Origin: Rebecca billardiae RCC1528
Lineage: Eukaryota > Protista > Haptophyta
Direction of reading: 5' to 3'
NCBI GenBank assembly: GCA_965240325.2
Contig: OZ251222.1
Location: 2,480,001-2,544,000 of the forward strand
Length of the DNA: 64,000 bases
Shown here: positions 57,365-64,000 of the stretch, one piece after another
Position numbering within the stretch: the first letter of the stretch is position 1
How the letters are laid out: each line of letters begins with the position of its first letter
Position numbers and translations under genes: made by a program
Notes under the pieces: model-generated
Seen by the model: the letters and a program-made list of their open reading frames with translations, nothing else
What the model was told of the DNA's origin: nothing
Databases searched by the model: none

Positions 57365-59293
57365 ATGCGTGCTGCCCTTCTCGCGCTGCTGCTACCCGTC
57401 GCCGCCGCCGCCGAGTTCGTGCGCATCCCTCTGCACAGCTTGAACGGCACTCTCGCCGTCCACGTCTCCCTTGGCGACCGTGGCCCGCTCTTCCTGCGCG
57501 TGGACACGACAACCTCACTTGTCACCGTCCCAGCACGTGGATGCGAGTCGTGCCGGCCAGCTGGCCCGTGCTACGAGCTGTATGAGTCCTCGCACACACG
57601 CACCATCGCCCCGTGCGATCGCGGCTGCGCCGCGTGCAGCACGTCGGGGGCGTGCCTCTTCACCGACGAGCTGCACGGCGCCACTCGGACCGGCGTGTTT
57701 GCTTTCGAGCGGCTCGAGCTGCTGGGCACGCGCACGATGGCCGTGATCGTGCGGCTCGGCGCCGTGCTCAACGTGTCTCGGCCGCGCTCGCTCGCCCCCG
57801 AGCACGCCGAGCTCGGCGTGCTCGGCCTGGGCCTGCCGCTCAAGGTGCGCCACCGCACCTCGAGCACGTTCGTTGAGGCTCTGATGCGTTGGAGCCTCGC
57901 GTCGCAGCCGGTGTTCTGCATGTGCATGGGCGGCGGGGGCAGCGGCACGCTCGCGATCGGGGGCGTCGACGCGAGCCTGTTCACCAGCGCGCTGCAGTGG
58001 GCGCCGTTGTACCCGAGCAGCACGCTGTACGCCGTCGGCGTGCACGACCTGGCTGTCAGCGTGGGCGCGCGCGGTGGCGCGGCGCAGCGCGTGACGCTGA
58101 GCGCAGGCCTGCCGCTCGAGGCGTTCCCGGCGGCGGTGATCGACCCGTCCTCCGGGCCGATGCAGCTCCCGGCGCCCGTCTACGACGCGCTCGCGGCATT
58201 GCTCAGCGCCGGCTGCGAGCTCGCACACAGCAACGCCGACCCTCGCGTGTGCGCGCGCCAGCGGCGCGTCCTCGAGCGTCCACACGCGTGCATCGACGCA
58301 CCTCCGGCCGAGCTGGGCCGCTGGCCGGAGCTCGAGCTCGTGCTCGACGGCGGCGCGCGCGTGCGGGTGCCGCCGGCCGCGTACCTGTACGAGGAGGAGC
58401 GCGGCAGCGCCAATCGATCGGACGGAGCCGCAGCCGCCGCCGCGCGGCAGTGCGTCCGTCTGGCCGTGCGCAGGCGGTCTGTGTCGCGCGGCCAGATTGT
58501 GCTGGGCAGCCGTCTGCTTGCACAAGTGCTGCTGGTCGTCGATCGCGCCGCCGGCCGTGCTGGGTTCGCGCAGCCCAACCGCGCGCAGTGCGGCGCGCGC
58601 GGCCCGTCGCCACCGCCGGAGAACGAGACGGCGCCTGCCTCGTCGTGCCCCGCACCGCCGCGCGGTGCCGACGACTTCCTGTCGGGCGCGCACGCGCTGG
58701 GCTGGTTTAGCGGCTGGGTGCGCGCGGTGCTCCTCTCGCTGGCGTTCACCTCCGGCGTCGCCGGCGTGTTCCTCGCCGGCCCGCTGCTACTGCAGCGTGC
58801 GCTGGGCCTCGTGACGCGCGTCTTTTCGAGGCGCCGGCGCCTCGGGGCGGAGCAGCTGCTGCGCGCGCCTGGCTCCGAGGCCGCCCCAGCAGACGAGGAC
58901 GGCGCGGGCGGCGAAGACGCGAGCTGGTACGAGACTGACGACGATGCGGAGGGCGAGGAGGGGGAGACGGAGGGGGACGACGACGGGAGCTGGGCCGACG
59001 AGGCCGACGAGGATGCGCGCGAGCCAGATGTGGAGGCGTCCGCGGAGGCCGTGGACGTCGATCCTCGCTCTGGCGATCCGGAGGCGCTGCACCCCGGCCT
59101 CGATGCGGATGCTGCGACGCCCCCGCTCCCGTCCGGGGGCTCGCTTGAGCTGCAGCCGGCTGGCAGCGCGCAGGAGAGCGACGCAGCCGAGGTGCGCGAG
59201 GGTGTAGATGCTGGCGCAGAGGAGCGAGCGGCGGGTGCAGGGATGCGACGTCCTGCTCGCCCTCCAGTCGTCCCGTCGTCGGCAACGGCATGA
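57365..59293 (+). CDS. Pepsin-family (A1) membrane-anchored aspartic protease homolog with degenerate catalytic motifs
   Basis: Signal peptide, LRVDTTTS, GVLGLG, FCMCMG…GTLAIGG, AVIDPSS, IVLG…VVDR..GRAGFA..C, a TM helix and an acidic tail. Confidence 0.85.
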   Translation: MRAALLALLLPVAAAAEFVRIPLHSLNGTLAVHVSLGDRGPLFLRVDTTTSLVTVPARGCESCRPAGPCYELYESSHTRTIAPCDRGCAACSTSGACLFTDELHGATRTGVFAFERLELLGTRTMAVIVRLGAVLNVSRPRSLAPEHAELGVLGLGLPLKVRHRTSSTFVEALMRWSLASQPVFCMCMGGGGSGTLAIGGVDASLFTSALQWAPLYPSSTLYAVGVHDLAVSVGARGGAAQRVTLSAGLPLEAFPAAVIDPSSGPMQLPAPVYDALAALLSAGCELAHSNADPRVCARQRRVLERPHACIDAPPAELGRWPELELVLDGGARVRVPPAAYLYEEERGSANRSDGAAAAAARQCVRLAVRRRSVSRGQIVLGSRLLAQVLLVVDRAAGRAGFAQPNRAQCGARGPSPPPENETAPASSCPAPPRGADDFLSGAHALGWFSGWVRAVLLSLAFTSGVAGVFLAGPLLLQRALGLVTRVFSRRRRLGAEQLLRAPGSEAAPADEDGAGGEDASWYETDDDAEGEEGETEGDDDGSWADEADEDAREPDVEASAEAVDVDPRSGDPEALHPGLDADAATPPLPSGGSLELQPAGSAQESDAAEVREGVDAGAEERAAGAGMRRPARPPVVPSSATA

Positions 59294-59915
59294 TGACGAA
59301 AGCGATCGCCCGGCCAGGCGCCAGCCGGCGGCCGGGCCGGCGGGCGGCGGCAGCAATTTAAGAAATACTGAGGCACTCCGATGACGGCGTCGGCGATGAG
59401 TCGCGATGATCGATGGCGATGACAGCCGTACGACGACTACCATTGATGATGATGAGTATAAGCTAGCAGTGATAATAATGACGACTGATGATGACGTTCC
59501 GGGATCCGATTCAACTCATTTGTCATCGGGCTCATCGGCAATCGGCATGGCTGTGAACGTACTACGTAGTCATCGTCCGATCAGTCTGAGTCTCAGATTA
59601 TATCATCGCGGCGGCGATCGTGCGCATTTCGTGCATGCGCCTTGGCAGCGCCAGCGGATCTATAAATAGGCATCATCATGTATTCGCGCGCGGCGCAATA
59701 ATTAAATTCATCATCAAAATTTTAAAGTAGACTTTATTTTAATTATATCTATATGCTGCGCTGCCGTGGCCGGGCGTGCGCTGCCTTCATCAATCAGTCA
59801 CCGTGGCTAAGCGCGCGCGCATCGTCCGATCGTCCGACGAGGCGCGCCGCGCGTCGATTCATCACTCGTCATCAGGCAGAGTCAGAGGTCATCATCTGGA
59901 CATCACTCATAGTCA

Positions 59916-61370
59916 TCAGTCATCGTCGTCCCCCGGCACGGGCGGCCAGATGCCGACAAACGTGAAGCCGCCCACGTCCTTTGCGACGTTCACAGTGATG
60001 GCGCGCTTCTTGAGCGCGTTATCGGTGGGTCGCCACGAGTGGCGCGCGCGGTCAAACGCGCAGAACGTGAGGAGGAAGTCGGTCGCGCACCACAGGCTCG
60101 CGAACGCCCGCATCCGCGCCTCGCGGTCGGCCGGTCGGAGCGCGAAGAAGGTGAGCGTCTCCCACTCGGGCGCCCAGACGCCCGCGATGCGGTTGAGCTG
60201 CATCAGCCCGCCGGTGACGGAGACGAGCTCTTTCGGGGGCAGCCCGGACGCGGCGAGGTGCGAGCGGTGCACGGGCAGCACCTCGCGCGAGCCCAGCTGC
60301 GCGTCGCGCTCGCCCGCGGCCGCGCGCACGTACGGCGGCGTCGGCACCGTCTGCAGCGGCACCACAAAGGTCGCCTTGCCTGACGGCACGTTCGGGTCTC
60401 CGATCACCTTGCGGAAGACGAGCCGTCGCGGCTTGCGCTCGTCGACGTCGCACGGGTCGAACGCGTCCGAGTCCGCCTCGCCCTCGTCGAGCACACACAC
60501 CTGCACCACCTCCAGCCCGTGCGAGCCGTACCGCGCCAGGTAGAGGCCCGACAGCTCGCCCGCGCCTACGAGCGCGAGCTCTGGCGGCTGACGGACGGGG
60601 CGGCCTGGCCAGCAGCCCGCGCCCTCGAGCCTCTCGAAGTGCTCGGTGCTTGCCTGCGCATCGAGCCCGTGGAGCACAGCCGGCACGCCCGGCGGGAAGC
60701 GCGGCTGCCCCAGCGCGCGCCCAAAGTCCACGTCGACCGAGCGCCCGTCGCGCCCAAACACGATCTGCGCCTGCCGGCCGCGCGGCGTGCTCACGTAGTC
60801 GCTGAAGACGGTGATCTGCTTGTGCACGCGCACGGCGCGGCTCGCCGGGCCCATGAACTCCTCGACGAAGCGGAGGCAGAAGACTGGGTCGGTGCGCAGA
60901 CCCAGCGTGTGGTCCTCCGCGAGGCTGGCGCGGCGTGTCAGCTCGCACATCAGCCCCGACTCCGTCCACTCGCTGACGAGCAGCGCGCCGGCCGGCTGCC
61001 GGCTGGTGGAGCGCCACTGGCCCACGCCCCCGCACGCGCCCGTCTCCTCGAGGAGCGTGTGCAGCGCCCTGTAGCTCGATAGACCCGCTGTCTTGCGCAG
61101 CCCCTCCAGCCACCCCTCGGCCATGCCTGCGGGCAGACCGAGTGCCACCTCGCGCTCGATGCACAGGTGCCGCCACAGGTCCTCGTCGCGGCTCGCGATC
61201 GTCAGCTCGATGCATACGCCGGCGCAGGCCCGGACCGCCACCGGCTCCGCGTGCTTTAGCACGGCCACCCACGCATCTGCGTTGAGCACCACCTGCTGAC
61301 GGTCCTCCCCGCCATCACCGACAACGCTCGCACCTTCCATTGCTTCGATCCCAGCCGCGCGCGCGGACAT
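59916..61370 (-). CDS. F-box protein with a Cyclin-D1-binding/FBXO31-like beta-barrel
   Basis: F-box LNADAWVAVLKH…CAGVC…DEDLWRHLC, plus GLYLARYGSHGLEVV and KVIGDPNVPSGKATF. Confidence 0.82.
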   Translation of the reverse strand: MSARAAGIEAMEGASVVGDGGEDRQQVVLNADAWVAVLKHAEPVAVRACAGVCIELTIASRDEDLWRHLCIEREVALGLPAGMAEGWLEGLRKTAGLSSYRALHTLLEETGACGGVGQWRSTSRQPAGALLVSEWTESGLMCELTRRASLAEDHTLGLRTDPVFCLRFVEEFMGPASRAVRVHKQITVFSDYVSTPRGRQAQIVFGRDGRSVDVDFGRALGQPRFPPGVPAVLHGLDAQASTEHFERLEGAGCWPGRPVRQPPELALVGAGELSGLYLARYGSHGLEVVQVCVLDEGEADSDAFDPCDVDERKPRRLVFRKVIGDPNVPSGKATFVVPLQTVPTPPYVRAAAGERDAQLGSREVLPVHRSHLAASGLPPKELVSVTGGLMQLNRIAGVWAPEWETLTFFALRPADREARMRAFASLWCATDFLLTFCAFDRARHSWRPTDNALKKRAITVNVAKDVGGFTFVGIWPPVPGDDDD

Positions 61371-61529
61371 CCTCAAGCTTCCAGCAGCGGAGCACTCGTC
61401 CGGAGTTCTCAGGCGACCGCCCGGACTCGTTTTTGCCGTCAAAGAAATGCGTCCCTGATGTTCATTTTTTCGGCGCCGAAAACATTCAAACTCAAACGAC
61501 GGCCGACGGGCCGCTCGGCCGGCCCGGCG

Positions 61530-64000
61530 ATGGAGCAGCCCTCGGCCGAGGAGGTCGATGACCTCAGGCGGGCGCTGTTCGACGCGCAGACGCGGACGTT
61601 TGTCCTCGAGGTGTGTGTGTGTGACCTCCAATGCTGCCAGCTCCGCGTACTCGCCTGCCACTTGTCCGCCGCGCACACCCAGGTGGACTGACATGCGTCC
61701 GCGCTCGCATGCCTGGCTCTCGTGCGCCATTGCGCAGAATCAAGTGGCCGACCTTGCCGGCGGGCGTGACGCCGCGGAGGTTCACGAGGAGCTGCTGAGC
61801 ACGCGCAAGAAGCTCGAAGAGCGGGAGCATAGCCTGCTGGTGCGCGCTCGCGATGCGCGCCCCGCGCGCGCGCACATGCGCGCGCAGCCCGAGACACGAG
61901 CGTGGCCCTCGGTGCGTCTGTGCTCGGCTGCAGGAGGTGGATCGCCGGGCCAAGGCTTACGGGCAGCAGGTGCGCGAGCTGAAGGAGCTCCTCGTCAAGG
62001 CTCGCGGCTCGCTTGCATCCAGCGCCGAGCGCGAGAACGCGGACGCCGAGGCCCGGCGCCTCCTCGAAGCCGAGCTGGAGGCGGCCACCGCGCGCGCGGA
62101 GGCGACACGCGCCGAGTCGGCAAAGCTGCAGCGGGTGATCGGCGCAGCAGGGTGCACGGTGGAGTGCCTGACGGGTGCGCTGGAGGACGTGGATGCCGAG
62201 TACGACCAGCTCTACGGGTGCGCGTGCGCCCCACCGCGACCAGCCTCATCTTCGGCCTGCGCCACGGACTGCTCGCACGGACTGATCTGACCTGACCCGC
62301 CGCGCCCCCGCGTGCGCACTCGCCGCGTGCATCGCCACCGCGCACCCCGCAGCGCGCACCGCGACTTCACCGCGGAGGTGGACGCGCTCCGCTGCACCTC
62401 CTCCCGCACCGCCGCGCACGAGCGCGGCGCCCTCGCCGAGGCGCAGGCGGAGCTGACCCGGCTTCGGCTTGACGCCTCGGGGCAGCGCGGACGGATTGCC
62501 GCGCTGCAGGCCGAGGCGACCAAGCTGAGGGCGCAGCTCGGCGCGGCGGAGACGAAGGCAGCGGACGCGGCGTCGAGCGGGGCGAGCGCCGCGGAGGCCG
62601 CGGCCAAGTTCGAGGTGCAGGCGCGCACCGTCGGGGAGGAGCTCACGGCGCTCAAGGCGCAGCTCGCACGCGCGCACGCCGACGGCGACGGCCGAGCGCG
62701 CCAGCTCGCTGAGGCGACGAGCTCGCTCGAGCGCGAGCGCGCGTCGCTTGAGGCGCTCGAGCGGCGCGCCGAGCGTGAGGCGCAGGTGCTGCAGGCGAAG
62801 CTGGACGACGCGAGCGCCGAGCTCAGCCGGCGCGAGCAGCGCTGCGCGCACCTGCAGCAGCAGCTCGAGGGCGCGCTCGGAGAGGGCAGGGAGGCACGCG
62901 CGGCGGTGGAGGCGGCGCGGCGGCACGGCGCGGGCGAGGGCGCTGCACACGCCATCGAGCTCCGAACGCTCGGCGCCGAGCTCGCTGTGCTCGAGACGTC
63001 TTGCGCACGGGTGGACGAGCGCGTCGCGACGCAGGTCGAGCAGGAGAGCGCAAAGGCGGCCGCGGCCACGGCGCGCGCCGAGCACGAGGCGGCGCACAAG
63101 ACGGCGGTGCGGAGCCGCGCGCGCCGGCGCGGCAGCGGCGCGGCGCGTGCCGCAGCTCGGGTGCTCCCACCCTCCGCTCACAGCGCCGTCCGCGCGCCCT
63201 CCGCGTGCTCCGTGCGCCCGCCGCCCGCCCGTGCGCGTGCGCAGGCCCTCGAGAGCCAGCTCGCCAAGACGAGCGCGCAGCTCAAGGTGGCCGAGCGCAA
63301 GCTGGGCGAGGCCACGCACCGGCTGGGCGCGGCGCAGCGGCACGGCACGCAGCTCCGCGCCGCGCAGGAGCAGCTCGCAGAGCTGCGCGCGGCGCTGGAC
63401 AAGAAGACCGCCCTGTGCGAGCGGCTGCTCAAGCGGCAGTCGGCGTTCCATCCCGCCGCACCGAGTGCGCACGCCGACGCCGGGCCGGACGACGACGGCC
63501 GCACGGGGCCGCGAGGGGCGTCGCTCGGCGGCGGCGGCGGCAAGGAGAACGCGCGTTCTGACGGGCTCCCCTCGCCGCGCCTCGCCGAGCAGCCGCGCTC
63601 GGCGCACGCGCGCTCCGGCCCGCTGCGCAGGCCCAACTTTGCGGCACCCTCGAGCTCGACAGCCAAGGGTGCGGCGCCCGCCGCTCGCACGGCCTTCCGC
63701 TCGCGCCCCGCGCTGCGCCCGGGTGGCGCAGCCTCGGCGCCGTCGACGCCCAAGCGGGAGACACGCTCGCCCGCGAGCGCGCGGCCTGCGCCGTCTCCCC
63801 GGCTTGAGGTGAGCACAGGCAATGACTCGCCCTGTCACGGCGGCTCCGAGCAAGACGCGGCGGCGCCCGATCTCGACTGCGCATCCGAGGCCTCCTTGGG
63901 GGCGGCCGGCCCGAGGCCGCGGCGCAAGTCAGGCGTCAAAGTCGTGCCGTCGCGCTACATGGAGTCTGCGCTTGCAGCGAGCAGCAACCGCCGTCGCTCA
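61530..64000 (+). CDS. Long coiled-coil protein, 3'-partial (introns 61611-61737, 61840-61933, 62218-62352, 63107-63244)
   Basis: GT-AG splicing joins heptad-rich exons (MEQPSAEEVDDLRRALFDAQ…). The last exon stays open to the window end and includes KVVPSRYM. Confidence 0.75.

Overview
This is eukaryotic, very GC-rich (~70%), gene-dense nuclear DNA with short GT-AG introns. Plastid-type bipartite N-termini and the GTGCG…CGCAG intron style suggest a haptophyte alga such as Pavlovales/Diacronema (inference only). About 21 protein genes can be supported: a USP9/24/34-like deubiquitinase, a CRIPT–OCRE fusion, a TPR membrane protein, a TRF/telobox-type Myb, an organellar GluRS, an AGC kinase–ankyrin–CaaX protein, a zinc-knuckle protein, a double glycosyltransferase, an LSD1-finger micro-protein, an ADAM-like protease, an AlkB dioxygenase, an anoctamin, a GH5–CBM2 cellulase, a TPP1/Est3-like OB protein, a Rad60/Esc2-like SUMO-like-domain protein, a MAR-like adhesin, an acyltransferase–lipocalin fusion, an Arc1p/EMAPII-like tRNA-binding protein, a degenerate aspartic protease, an FBXO31-like F-box protein and coiled-coil proteins. 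Intergenic DNA holds a tRNA-derived SINE-like element, several TIR/foldback elements, a 5'-truncated dispersed repeat family and a palindromic AT-rich direct-repeat pair. The best leads are (1) a probably plastid-targeted HxxxD acyltransferase fused to a lipocalin, a candidate carotenoid acyltransferase; (2) a membrane protein with two repeats resembling the apicomplexan MAR sialic-acid-binding domain; (3) a TPP1/Est3-like shelterin subunit head-to-head with a SUMO-like-domain gene; (4) the CRIPT–OCRE fusion. All family calls come from recognising motifs by eye. No searches were run, and splice sites were inferred manually.
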